A stretch of DNA of 64,000 nt from assembly GCF_006345805.1 (NCBI RefSeq), contig NC_042999.1, positions 51,398,001 to 51,462,000 on the forward strand, given 5' to 3'. The translations under genes were made by a program, and so were the position numbers. Source of the DNA: Octopus sinensis. Lineage: Eukaryota. The notes under the pieces were generated by a model. That model was not told where the DNA came from, made no database searches, and saw nothing but the letters and a program-made list of their open reading frames with translations. Below, in pieces: positions 13,146-26,497 of this stretch (the stretch's first letter is position 1; each line of letters starts with the position of its first letter).

Positions 13146-13352
13146 CTTTTACTCTTTTACTTGTTTCAGTCATTTGACTGCGGCCATGCTGGAGCACCGC
13201 CTTTAGTCGAGCAAATCGACCCCGGGACTTATTCTTTGTAAGCCCAGTACTTATTCTATCAGTCTCTTTTGCCGAACGGCTAAGTTACGGCGACGTAAAC
13301 ACACCAGCATCAGTTGTCAAGCAATGCTAGGGGGACAAACACAGACACACAA

Positions 13353-13395
<43 letters not shown>

Positions 13396-13558
13396 TACAA
13401 CAGGCTTCTTTCAGTTTCCGTTTACCAAATCCACTCACAAGGCTTTGGTCGGCCCGAGGCTATAGCAGAAGACACTTGCCCAAGATGCCACGCAGTAGGA
13501 CTGAACCCGGAACCATGTGGTTGGTAAACAAGCTACTTACCACACAGCCAATCCTGCA
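13146..13558 (-). mobile_element. SINE family B copy
   Basis: Inverted relative to 11622-12066. Further copies near 21743-22080(+), 36655-37043(+), 42386-42788(-), 52150-52569(-). Confidence 0.85.
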
Positions 13559-13959
13559 TATGTATAGGATTTTTTTTGTTTTGTTTATGACAAAAATAAG
13601 AGTGAATATCTATTTTATGAGTGTTGTGTATGGAGTCTATAAAATTGTGCATAAAATATATAAAGTGTATATATAAAGTGCATTAAGTAATCATCGTATT
13701 CCAGTTTCTTTCACTTTTCAACGAGTAGCAGAACAGCAACTATCTTTCCAGACAGATACAACACATGCTACGCTTTCAAGTTTTTTTGGATAAAGTTTTC
13801 AGAAATAACCCAGTAGGGTTAACCATTAATTCCATGAAATATTCACTGGTCCTGTTAGTAAAGTAATTAATGGAAGCTAAAAATTACCTCCAGTGTAACT
13901 TGCTAGTAAGAATAAATATACCCTCACATCATCACTTGGGTATCTCTAAAGTTGTACAA

Positions 13960-15935
13960 CAGAACGTCTTGGATGCATCCCCGCTCAAAGCACTAGCACC
14001 TCATCGACTACGTTATCATAAGGAAGAGGGACAGGCAAGACATTGTACGGAGCAAAACCCAAACGAAGTTGCGCCAGATGCAGGATTACTGGTTTAGCAG
14101 CAAAGCAGACATGATCCAGGGCTTTGCAGACAGAAATGACATGAAGAATTTCTATGACAGCTTGAAGGAAGTTTACGGCCCTACTACTGCAAGAACACTG
14201 TCTCCCCTCCTTAGTGTTGATGGGGCAACACTGATCACCAATAAGGAAAAGGTATTAGAGAGATGGGTTGAACATTTCGACAACGTCCTGAATAGGCCTT
14301 CCACCATCAATCTTGAAGCCATTGATAGGCTACCTCAAGTCCCTGTTGAGGAGTCAATGGACGTCAAACCAACTTTGGAGGAAATTCAGAAAGCATGCCG
14401 CCTACTGTCCAGTAGCAAAGCACCTGGTCCGGACCCCATCCCAGCTGAAGTATTCAAAGAAGGCAGTATCGCCCTGACGAGGAAAATTCACCAGCTGTTT
14501 CAGCTCATCTGGATGCATGAGACAGTGCCTCAGGACTTCAAGGACGCCTCCATCATCCACCTCTACAAGCGAAATGGAAACCACCAGGTCTGCAACAATC
14601 ATTGTGGAATTTCACTGCTGTCCATCACAGGCAAGATCCTGGATTGAGTTTTGCTCAACCGCCTCATTGCACACCTAAAGCAGGGTCTCCTACCTGAGAG
14701 CCAATGTGGCTTCCGGAAAGAGCATGGGACTATCAACATAGTGTTTGTTGTTAGACAGCAGCAGAAGTGTCAGAAGAAGAACGTCGACCTCTACACCTAC
14801 ATCAACCTGATCAAGGCCTTTGATACCGTTAGTAGAGAAGGTCTCTGGAGAATCTTGGTGAAGTATGGATGCCTCAGAAAATTCATCACCATTGTAACAC
14901 AACTACACGATGGCATGTTAGCAAGAGTACAGGACAATGGAGAGACCTCTGATCCATTCCCTGTCTCCAACAGAGTGAAACAAGGATGTGTCCTTGCTCC
15001 CACCTTGTTCAGCCTTACGTTCTCAGCCATGCTGACAGATGCTTTCAGGGACACAGACATAAGCATCAAGTACTGGTCCAACGGTTCAGTCTTCAACCTC
15101 AGGAGGCTCAAAGCGAAAACCAAGGTTCCAGTAGACACTGTCAACGACCTCCTGTTTGCTGATGACTGCACTCTCAATGCTGCCACTGAGTCCAACATAC
15201 AGCACAGCCTTGACTTGTTCTCTGGCGCCTGCAACAACTTTGGCCTTACTATCAATACAAAAAAGACTGAGGTAACGTATCAGCCAGCTCCAACCAAGAC
15301 CTACATTGAACCCAACATCACCATCAACGGGCAGTGACTGAACATGGTGGACAAGTTCACCTACCTTGGCAGCACACTCTCTAGAAATGTTGTCGTCAAT
15401 GACAAAATCAATGCCAGACTCGCTGAGGCAAGTGCTGCCTTTGGCAGGCTACGCAAGACTGTCTGGGACAGGAGAGGGATCACCATCATGACAAAGATCA
15501 AGGTGTACTGGGCTGTTGTTCTCACAACGCTGCTTTACGGCTGCAAGTCCTGGACAGTCTACCAGCGTCATGCCAGGAAGCTGAACCACTTTCATACAAT
15601 ACGCCTCAGAAAATTTCTTGGCATAAAGTGGCAGGATAGGATCCCGGACACCAAGGTACTAATACGTGCTAACCTGCCCAGCATCCATACCATCTTGATG
15701 CAGTCTCAGCTTCGCTGGGCAGGGCAAGTAGTTCGCATGCCAGACAATCGATTACCAAAAAGATTGCTCTTTGGCAAGCTGCAAAAGGGAAAGTGCTCAC
15801 GTCGGCTAGAAGAAGTGCTTTAAGGACACACTGAAAGCCTTCAACATCGACCATGACACATGGGAGCAGTCTGCTCTAGACAGAGAAGGGTGGCAATCAG
15901 CTGTCCACAAGGGTGCCAACACATGCAAGACCAAT
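13960..15935 (+). mobile_element. RTE (BovB-like) LINE, 5'-truncated, RT region with few disablements
   Basis: ORFs 14069-14647, 14651-15337 and 15344-15823: KAPGPDPIPAE, LPESQCGFR, KAFDTVSREGLW, VKQGCVLAPTLF, LLFADDC, FTYLGS. Confidence 0.92.
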
Positions 15936-15939
15936 ATTC

Positions 15940-17280
15940 TGAAAATATTCAAACAGACCAGTCTGGAAAAGAAGAATTTGGAAGCTTAAGGATCCTTTAA
16001 AAAGTCAGAGATTTGGAGACATCTTAATTGAAGCACAGGAGGAGTTACAAACACGTAACATAGAGGACAACTGGAAGTTCCTTACTGAGTGCTATAGACC
16101 AAATCTGTGGCTGGTGCAAAGTCCCAATGAGACATAGGGTGATATGGTGGAGGACTGTTAGAGAGAAGAAACAGGCCTGGAAGAATGGTAGTAGCAGAGA
16201 ATTATATCAGGTCACCAGAAGGGAAGCTGGATGCCCTTCCTTAAGGCCAACTACTCCAAGAGAGTAGAGAGTACCTTTTATACATCATCAGCATGGGTAC
16301 TTTTTATATGTCACCAGCATGCAGGTATGCAAGCAAGGTCTGGAAACAAAGGGACTTAGAGTTAATTTAGCAAAGACCGAAGTTCTTGTAAGGAGGAAAA
16401 CAGACAAATCACTGATCCCTTCTGGGAGATGGCCTTGCTCGATGTGTAGAAAAGGTGTTCATAGAAATTCCATGCAGTGGTATCACAGGAAGGTTAAAAG
16501 AGAAAGTAGGTCTTTGTGTGTAGCAAATGTGCACACTAAGAATGTACAGAAAGAAAGAACCCTTTAAATGTGCTGGGGGATCCTTAGAAGTAGTAAATAG
16601 TCTCAGTTACTTAGGTGACCAAGTAAGCAGTGGAGGAGGATGTTTTGAAAGTGTAGTGGCCAGACTACAGGCTGGGCAAAGTTGAGAGAGCTATTACCTT
16701 TGCTAGTAACAAAGGGGCTCTCTCTTAGAGTGAAAGGCAGATTGTATGATGCCTGTTTATGAACAGCTATGCTACATGGACTGTAACCACTGAGGACAAG
16801 CAAAGACTTGAAAGAAATGCAGTCAGCAAGCTCTGCTGGATGGGTAATGTCAGTGTGTGTGTATGACAGAGTGTAAATGATTTAAGAGGAAAAACTGTAA
16901 GAGGCATCAGATGTAGGGTGCAAGAGAGAAGTCTGTACCGGTATGGTCATGTGATGTGTATGGACAAGGTCAGCTGCATCAAGAAGTGCCAATCTCTAAT
17001 TGTGGAGGGAATGTGTGGAAAGGGTAGACTCAAGAAGACGTGGGACAAAGTGGTAAGAAAGGATCTTCAGATACTGGGCTTCACAGAGGAGATGACAAGG
17101 GACCAAAACTCCTGGTGGTTTGCTGTGCTTGAGAAGATATGTCAAGCTAAGTAAAATTGTGGCCATCCATACACGCAGACATGTCTTCTACATCTCTCTC
17201 TCAGCTGAGAGATCCTAGTCTTGCAGGCTCATAGGTGTTGGGGTCATGTAAAAGCACCCATGCTGGTGCTATGTAGAAGC
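15940..17280 (+). mobile_element. Degraded copy of the dominant RTE family
   Basis: [22 protein letters not shown]...QERSL.RYGHVM...GRLKKTWDKVV. Similar pieces at 29660-30960(-), 46990-47420(-), 59100-59890(+). Confidence 0.8.
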
Positions 17281-17289
17281 ACACATACC

Positions 17290-17491
17290 TATTTCTTTAC
17301 TGCCCACAAGGGGCTACAGACAGAGGGAACAAACAAGGATATACAAAAGGATTAAGTCGATTACATCGACCCCAGTGCGTAACTGGTACTTAATTTATCA
17401 ACCTTGGCGGAATTTGAACTCAGAACGTAACAGCAGACGAAATACGACTACACATTTTACTGGACGTGCTAACTTTTCTGCCAGCTCACCA
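17290..17491 (-). mobile_element. SINE family A copy fused to a captured Gypsy fragment
   Basis: 12-bp direct repeat agcacacatacc at 17278-17289 and 17592-17603 brackets both the SINE and the fragment. Confidence 0.8.
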
Positions 17492-17766
17492 ATTCATGGA
17501 AAAAATAGTCCATGAAAAATGATATCCCATGGAAGTATTGTACAATATGTTTGAGGTACCAAAATCCAAACTATTTAAAACTACATGTTCTAGCACACAT
17601 ACCATTGCTATGTAAAAGCACCCATGCTGGAGCCATGTCAAAGCACCTGTGCTGGTGCCACATTAAAAGCACCCATTGCACACTCTATAAAGTGGCTGGC
17701 TTTCATAAGGGTTATCCAGCCATAGGAACCATGTCAAAACAGACAACTGGAGTGCTGGCAGATCCT

Positions 17767-17952
17767 ATTTCTTTATTACCCACAAGGGGCTAAACATAGA
17801 CCCCAGTGCGTAACTGGTACTTAATTTATCGACCCCGAAAAGATGAAAGGCAAAGTCGACCTCGGCGGAATTTGAACTCAGAACGTAACGGCAGACGAAA
17901 TACCGTTAAACATTTCACCCGACGTGCTAACGTATCTGCCAGCTCACCGCCT
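17767..17952 (-). mobile_element. SINE family A copy with 14-bp TSD
   Basis: tgctggcagatcct at 17753-17766 and 17953-17966. Confidence 0.85.
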
Positions 17953-19224
17953 TGCTGGCAGATCCTGTCACACTGTCCACCCTATGCCAGCAGAGAGAAC
18001 AGACATTAAATGATGGTAATGGATCTGAGATGTTATACAGATCAGGGAAACTATCCCCTAACACCACCACAAACCTCAGCATCATTTTATACCCCTTTTC
18101 CATGGTTCTCCTTACTAGTCACTCAATCGAGAAAAAAAGGATAAGATTTTCTAAAATACATGCAGTGATTCTTTCAGCACATTGCTCTTCTTTATTTCTC
18201 ATGCCATATACATGTTGTGTTAAATAGAAAGACACTGGAATGTGTACAATATGTCTGCAATGTAAAAATCATTAACACTGGATTATTCATGTATATCTAT
18301 TCTCTGCTGCTCACCACCTGGAACAAGTTACAAATTTATCTCACTTCAAAAGGACAATCAATAAAGCTTTATGAATTAATGTCAACCTCCTGCTCTCACT
18401 TCAGAGACCCATATTGTGTCTCTTTAGATTCATCGCAAACGTGGCCCTCACTCGTTTTATTTTCATCCTATCATTTCTTAATCAGTAAAATATACAAGTT
18501 CAAAGAATTTTTACTTGGGAAGCTATGAAATCAAAATATTAAAATTTCAGCAAGAAATAACATTTCAACATTCTGCATTTTGATGTGTTAAAATTTGAAA
18601 ACATTTTACTGAGTTTTATTTAATGAGGAACTCCATCTGAAACACACATTCACACAATAACATTGGAAATAAGAGTTTATTAATGATTTTGGAACTAAAC
18701 AATAAAATCTTTTAGGAATTATTTGTCTTTTTTTTTTTTTTGAGAAATAGCTAGGCACAGGTAAAACTGCAATAGTCTGAATATAACATGGACTTCAAAC
18801 AACTGTCTCTCTCAGTTGAAAATTTATTGACTATGCATAAACACACATGTCAGTTGTTTTATGATTTATTTCTTGGGATAGTTACTAATACACATTCACA
18901 CACACAATTATTGATTGACCGTTTCACATTTGACATCGTCATTACTCACAACACGATTACCAATAAACCGTCCTCCAAATACGAAGTCCTGTCACCCTTC
19001 CACACACACTAGCACGATATAGTTTATATCAACAGGTATAAACTATCGATTTCTTACAAAGGTAGGTAGTAGGCCGCAGAACGTTATTGGAGAGAGGAAA
19101 TGTGACTGTGTGATGCTGATGCCTTTCTTAATCACATAAAAATAAACTAATAACATAAAAGCAGTCTAATTCTATCGGCAACACACATACGTGTGTGTGT
19201 GTGTGTATACTCATACACGCACAC

Positions 19225-19306
19225 CTGTCTGATTTTTTCCAATGACCAGCTGACACAAGCTGTCAATCCAAATGCTGACGTCACCAGCAATATCGTATAT
19301 AACCCA
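19225..19306 (-). other. Candidate internal exon of an unidentified gene
   Basis: Acceptor tgtttcag and donor CAG|gtgtgc; unique sequence; two open frames, no recognisable domain. Confidence 0.4.
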
Positions 19307-19478
19307 CTGAAACAAGTGGCAATAATAATAAGAATATTAATAATAATGATTGCAAAGGCTGCTGAAAACTTGTGAATACCTAAGGTTGCAGGTAGTAACC
19401 CACAACCCACATAAATTGGTAACTGCAAAAAATTATCCATAAATCCTACCAGGAATATGACCGAACCTGAGCCAAACC

Positions 19479-19510
<32 letters not shown>

Positions 19511-19984
19511 TTCAAACAGGCACAAGATCACAAATCTGAGGGAGGATAGATTAAGCGGTTACATCAGTTTCAATACTTGGCTGGTACTTTTATTTTATTT
19601 TATTTTATCAACCCAGGAAGGATGGAAAGTAAAGTCGACTTCGAACTCAAGACGTAATGGGTAGCAACTGAAACCAAAAAGCATTCTGTCCACCGATCTA
19701 GTGTTATGATAATGATTATTATTACTTTAATAAAGGCTAAAATGAAATGTAGTGGCATACATGTTTCTCACTGGTATTCGCTAATACATGTCCTTGCTAA
19801 GACGGTAGGATGCAGAGAGGTGGTGGTCACTTTGGGACCGCTTCAGTTTTTAACAAAGTATACTCATATATATACACGACACTCGGAGTGAATAAGTGAT
19901 GTTGATGCTTTGCTCAGCACCATTTGTATACGAAATGATTCCAAATTAAATCAGAAAACACAGGAAGATACAAAAGTAGAGTTA

Positions 19985-20208
19985 TATGTACACACGTATT
20001 GTAGTTTTATACACACTATATGTATATATATATACATACACACACATTGTATATTTATATACATACACACGTATATCTCATACAAATACATTGTATATTT
20101 ATATAGACACATACTGCATATTCATAAATACACTTTCTATATTTTTACAAATACAGTTTATATTTAATAATACATACATTGCGTGTATGTATGTAGTGTG
20201 TATGTATG

Positions 20209-20250
<42 letters not shown>

Positions 20251-20355
20251 AACACATTGCATATATACTAATGTGCGTATATATATATATACACATCGCA
20301 TCCATACAAGTAGACCCACTGAGCAGCTGTGTGTATGTATATATATATACATACA
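19985..20355. repeat. Compound (TA)/(CA) microsatellite block
   Basis: Seen directly; accounts for the spurious ORFs here. Confidence 0.85.
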
Positions 20356-20806
20356 TTACCGTACACACCTTGTTGACTGACATGAAACAATCTCAGCTTA
20401 TTTTCCGCTGCCTTTCATTAGATTTGAACACACAATAGTAGTTACGTTTACACAACTACAACTCAACAACATCTTCACCCTAACATATTGCTCAACCCTG
20501 GCCCAGTCCACCGATGATGCGCCCAATTGTGACCATCTCGTTTGTTTAAAGAGTCTTCGGGACCACATTACCTTGTGTGTATTTATTCTAGACGGGTAGA
20601 GTGTGATTTGAGGGAGATTTAGTTATTTTGATAAGGGTGGAGGGTCGCCATAACGTATCGTAGTTGTTGTGGCGAGCAAAAGTAGGAGAATTATGAAGAT
20701 AAGAGAGAGAGAGATTTCAGTTGGAAGTGAAATTGTATGGAGAAACAAGAGGCGATTATTTCGCTGTTGCTTGAAATATATCAGCAGAAAGACATGGACA
20801 GCTTAC

Positions 20807-21020
20807 CTAAGTAGTGAGTAGAGAAAGTATTGAAGTAATCCACGGTGTAGTTTAATGTTTCAAGCGAAGTGAAGCCAGGCTGAAGCCAGACATTCTCTCT
20901 CTGTCTCCACGCGTCTTCAATAAAGACGACACAAAATCATCAACTCCATCTTGAATACGGAATCAGCCGGAACCTCCCGAACACTTCCGACTGTTGTCGA
21001 CTATTTCTGACTGTCAACCT
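20807..21020 (-). other. Candidate non-coding first exon of an unidentified gene
   Basis: Strong donor TAG|gtaagc; CpG-retaining unique sequence; only short ORFs. Confidence 0.45.
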
Positions 21021-21329
21021 GTTTAGTTTAACATGTCCTTGTTTCAGAGTTTTGCTTTCTTTTCAAACGTTGTCTTTATAATTTGAAATATTAATCTCTT
21101 ATGATTACTCTCCCAATATAAAAATCCATTGGAGAGGATGTGATACTATTATAAAATGTTTATGTATTTCGCAAAGCTTTTAATGACTTGATGTAATTTT
21201 AAAAAATGACAACCTAAAATTCTAACTTTGCTGCTTAGACATTTAGAATAATACAAATGGTTTCAGAATAAATATTTTTCTTAGAATAAGTTTTCAAGTT
21301 CTGCAATCGTTTCCATAAATGAATTATAA

Positions 21330-21455
21330 CGTGTTAATATGTGCAAAACGTCATTAGCAAACTGTTGATATGCGTAAAACGTCATTATCAGCCGGTTGAT
21401 AAGTGTTGAACGTCATTAGCAGCGTGTTAAAACATGAGTAAAACGTCACAAGCCA
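21330..21455. promoter_or_regulatory. Four ~31-bp degenerate repeats, each with AACGTCA (TGACGTT; CRE half-site)
   Basis: Motif at 21347, 21378, 21409 and 21442, upstream of the candidate first exon. Confidence 0.45.
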
Positions 21456-22604
21456 TTAATTCTATCAGATTGTTTTAATTATCGTCTGTAATTAATGATT
21501 TTGTTCCCTGTTTATTAGTGTAATCCCAACTAACTAAATGCTAGGATTGTCATAAAAAGCCCAATATGACTCCAAGCAACCGTTTCAGATGAAAACCACC
21601 GTAAAATTCTTTGAAACAAATGAGCAAATTATCTTCATTTACTTTGCTGTATCTAGAGAGGGAGTTAAACTGTATTCCACAGATGCTGTACTCTGGATAG
21701 GGGATATACCACACTGTCCATTTATGTACATGTTGTTTGTACTGCGTGGCACCTTGGGCAAGTGTCTTCTACTATAGCCTCAGGCCGACCAAAGCCTTGT
21801 GAGTGGATTTGGTAGACGGAAACTGAAAGAAGCCTGTCGTATATATGTATATATATTTATATGTGTATGTTTGTGTGTTGTGTTTGTCCCTCCCACCTCC
21901 CAACATCTCTTGACAACAGATGCTGGTGTGTTTACATCCCCGTAACTTAGCGGTTCGGCAAAAAAGACCGATAGAATAAGTACTAGGCTTACAGAGAATA
22001 AGTCCTGGGGTCGATTTCCTCGACTAAAAGCGGTGCTCCAGCATGGCCACAGTCAAATGACTGAAACAAGTAAATGAGTATGTGTAAGGTGTTGTTTGGT
22101 AGTTAGGGTGTGGTTGGGTTTTTAACAAAGTGTCATTGATAATTAAGAGGTTATGACCACACGATAAAAGTGACCACACAGTAAATGTGTTTCCATTATA
22201 TTAAACAGTGAATATATTATACATGTACAAAATATATTTATATCATACAAAAGAACATTTCTCTTAGGATGTACATAATACTTAAAGATTTACAGTATAG
22301 AAGAAAAAGAAAAATGCTTTAGTTAAATCTGTTACGATCATCATCATCATCATCATCATTTAACATCTGTTTTCCATACAAGCATGGATTGTGCAGTTTG
22401 ACAGGAGCTGACAAACTAGAGGATTGTGCCAAACTCAGATGTCTGCTTTGGCAAAGTTCCTACAGCTGAATGCCCTTTACTAATGCCAACCATTTTACAC
22501 GACACACAAAATCGAGCACTGGCACCTGTGAGGTTGCCAAGTAACTTTCAGGAGAGGAGTAGTGTTGAAGCAAGTGATTTTGTGCCGGATAATAATATAA
22601 CGAT

Positions 22605-23070
22605 CATGAAATTATTGTATACAGTGCTCAGGTGTACCACAACTTGTCAGAAAGTGCGTATAAAGTATATGCAGTAATGTACAAATGTCAGGAAAGCGAA
22701 CAATGTACGAGTCAGATACATGCTTGTGTGTGTATGGAGGGGAGAAAATCAGGTGTAGTGTTGGTGAATCTCAGAAAGCATGGAAGTTTTGAAGGATGCA
22801 GTGCTCCGACAACTAACAACTGATGCCGGCAGTTTGTTCCATGCTTCAGCAACTCTCAGGCGTGAAAAAATGTTTCCTAAAGTCATGGGAGCTGTGCTGT
22901 TTTCTGACTTTGTAAACATGTCCACGGGTGTTAGACAGGTGGAGTTTGAAAAGGTGCTGAGAGTTATTGTTTGTAAGATGGTTAATAATTTTATGGGTGT
23001 CTGCCAAGTCAGCTGCCAGACGTCGGAGTTTCAATGTGTCCATGCCCAGGGAAGTAAGGCATTCAGAATA
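22605..23070 (-). mobile_element. CR1-clade LINE 3' end
   Basis: [17 protein letters not shown]...TRGHVYKV...FRKHFF; near-identical copies at 37790-38230(-) and 60020-60494(+). Confidence 0.85.
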
Positions 23071-24329
23071 TGGCAAATGAGAGGTGATCGTATGATAGAG
23101 GGACTGGAATAGCAGAAACATGGTGACACTTGTTGAAAAAGAAAGAAGCTGGTGGGGAAGATGTGTCAGAAGAAACTCTCAAGTTACAGGAAGGTGAATA
23201 TATATTTCTTTACTACCCACAAGGGGCTAAACATAGAGGGGGCAAACAAGGACAGACAAAGGGATTAAGTCGATTACATCGACCCCAGTGCGAAACTGGT
23301 ACTTTATTTATTGACCCTGAAAGGATGAAAGGCAAAGTCGACCTCGGCGGAATTTGAACACAGAACGTAACGACAGACGAAATACCGCTAAGCATTTCAC
23401 CCGGTGCGCTAACATTTCTGCCAGCTCACCGCTATTTTACCACAGGAAGGTGAATATAAAAGAAATGGTTCAGAGGAGCAGGAAGATTTGCAGAGTATGA
23501 AGGAGAATGACAGAATAGAGGGGGGGAGGTTCAGTGATAGGGGAACATAGGTGGAGGCATATCAGTTGGAGGGGAAGGGGAGAGAATGTAAGAGTGGATC
23601 AGAGAGCGGGTGCAAAAAATATGCACAGTGCCAGGTACAAAGTGATGGGTAGATAAGAGTAGAAATAGTGGATGACAGAGGTAATGGGAGGGGGTGGTTT
23701 TGGCATGATGAAGGCATGTACAAGAGAAAAGAGAGGGATTGAAAGAGAGGTTCAGAAGAAAATAAGGTGGTAAAGTATGATATGAAGAATGTGTGAGTCA
23801 AAGGAAATGGTTCCAAGGAGGGTGAAAGGGAGGGGTGAAATATATGCAGTTTCACTCTCATAATTACAGAAGATGATGATGCTGATTAACTGATAAATAT
23901 TTACATGGATGTTGCATTTTGTCAAGGAGTGGCCATGCCTTTTATGTCAATATAATTAGGCTGTGGCCCTTTGCTGGAAATCTAAGCAAGGTGGTTCAAA
24001 TTGAGGTAGAGACTTGCTACAAAGGTATGTTGTATAAGAACTGATGCAGAAGACAAGATGTATGAAGTCTAGAGTTGTGGTGACAAAAAGTTTTATGAAA
24101 ATTAAATCTTGATTTCAATTATTTTATAAATTTCATGGTTTCTTGTACACATACCTGATTACATATGGTATACATATCTAATATAATTGGTTAAGGAATT
24201 AACATGAAATGTTGATGGGAGGTTTTAACTTAGATCACTTTAAAAGAGGAAGTTTGCATCATTGTCTCAGAAGGGTTGGTCAGAAAAGGGTTCAAATATC
24301 GTATGAAGTTGGATACAAGATAGTTACTT

Positions 24330-26497
24330 TAAAAGTAAATCAGGTGATGTAAATTTTTCTTACCAAAAATAAAATACTTCAAACAAATCATTGACAGAAA
24401 TGGACACTGACCAGATCTGTCAAGAACAGACACAATTAAGAATATGCCCCCTCTAACAAATATTGTGACCTTACGAGCTTTCTTGGAATTGGCAAATTAT
24501 TACCAAAATAATCTGCTAAAAAAAGATATGAAAAGAATTGGTCAGAAAGGCGTTTGACAAAATTAGAAAAATATTAACATCTGATTTGTCATTAGCACAC
24601 TTTGGATCCTGCAGTGGAAATTGTTGTAGCTTCAGATGCCTCTGAGTACAGTATAGGAGCAGTAATGCTACATAAAGATGGTAACATGAAGACGGTGGTT
24701 CATGCTTCCCATTATCTGATATCAGCAGAGAAAAGTCCCAGCCAAATCAAAAAAGAGGCTCTAGCGATTATTTTGGCTGAAATAAAATTTAAGATTTTTA
24801 CATAGTAGAAGTTTTCACCTACAGAGTCATCATCATCTGTTGTCAATATATGGAATCCCTACCCATACTGCTAATAGGTTGTAATGCTGGGGTATGATAT
24901 TATTAAACTATGATTTCAACATGGAGTCTATACCATCCAAGAAATTAGGTCAAGCGAATTATTTATCAAGACTGATTTCAAAAAATGCCGAACCATTTGA
25001 AGATACTGTGGTTGCTGCTTTGCAAGCAGAAAATTAATTTAAAATGTTTTGTGTAATGTCATTCATGAACTGCCAGTTACTTTACAAGACATAAAATTAA
25101 AATCAGAAAATGATAAATTCATTACAAAAAAATGAAAGAAATAGTGAAGGTTAAATGAGATAGAAATATGCCTAACACAAATGCAAACCATTTCTTAATG
25201 CATGACAATATTTTGATGTTTGCACAAAGAGTTATCATCATTGTTCGACCGTGGTCGAGACAATGGAATTTACCATGCTACACCAGACTTCACGGTCCAT
25301 CATAGCATTACGGAGGTCCTGTTGCTGGATGCCTGTATCCCTGGAGATTGTAGCATTGAAGAACCAGTGAAAGCATGCAGAAGGTGTGCCTTAGTTGCAA
25401 AAGCACCTACCACTAATTGGCAACCATGACCAAAAACCAATATTCCAAGGTCCAGACTGCATGGTGATTATTCAGATCCACTTAAGGTTGCATATTACCC
25501 TGTTGTGGTAGACAGTTTTTCAAAGTGGCCAGAAGTGCATAAGTGTAAAAAGCCAACATCTGCAGTCACAGTAAGATTTTTACATAAATTATTTGCCAGA
25601 TATGATATTCCTGATACCATTGTGTCTGATAATGGAACTCAATTTACATCAGATGAGATCAGAAAATTTTGTAAAATGTTCATCATCAAACATATCACTA
25701 ATCTGTCCTATCATCCTAGGTCAAACGAACAAGCAGAGTGTTTTGCTGACACTTTCAAGAGGATGTTGAAAAAGGTGAACAATGAAGTATCTGGAATGTC
25801 ACCTGCAGAATTGATGTTTGCAGGAAAGATTAGATCTGTCTTTGATAAGCTGATAGCAAGTGAAAATAGAAAAAAGGCAAATAACAAAAATACTTCAAAA
25901 TTCTTCAAGTTAGGTGACAAAATCTTTTTTAAAACCTATAGATGTGGTAAAGAAAGCTGGGAGGATGGTGTAATTATTAAACAAATCGGAAAAATGATAT
26001 TCCTTGTAAAAGGAAAAAATGTTGAACATAAAAGACATGTTAATCAACTTAAAAAAAGATTCATGAAAAAAATAGTCCATGAAAAATGATATCCCATGGA
26101 AGTATTGTAGAATATGTTTGAGGTACCAAAATCCAAACTATTTAAAACTACACGTTCTAGCACCAGAAAATGGAAAAGAACAGAAACATTGGAGTTGAAC
26201 CCTAAGTGTAAGAGAAATTAACTTGCAGTGGTGTTTAATTTTCAAAAGGGGAGAAGCTAGGGGAAACTGATTTTAAAAAGGAGAGACGTGGAAAGATTCC
26301 AACCCCCATCCACCCAAGTGATTAAAGGTAGACTGACTTATTGTTATAAAATAAAGAACTGTGAGTGATTGGCAGTTCAGATTGGTAAGCAGTTCACTGT
26401 GAGCCATTAACTGAGAGCATTGAGTCTTGTGTAATAGTAATGCATAGTTTAAATACTTTCTTTCTTCCTTGCTTCATTAAATTATATATCCAACACA
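24330..26497 (+). mobile_element. Gypsy LTR retrotransposon relic (RT end, RNase H, integrase, PPT, 3' LTR)
   Basis: VASDASEYSIGAV...KEALAII; VVDSFSKWPEV...IVSDNGTQFTS...YHPRSN; purine tract aaaaaggagaga followed by LTR ~26287-26497. Confidence 0.88.
25234..25347 (-). mobile_element. Short 3' tail of a young RTE family inserted in the Gypsy relic
   Basis: Matches 45487-45600 in reverse. Confidence 0.8.

Noticed and set aside
13888-13945. 58-nt candidate minus-strand exon (RYPSDDVRVYLFLLASYTG)
   Set aside because: Splice signals are plausible, but there is no recognisable homology and no linked exons.
19910-20438. ORFs of 60-150 aa rich in Y/I/H/T/C/V
   Set aside because: Translations of TA/CA microsatellites; most short ORFs in the track likewise come from SINEs or simple repeats.
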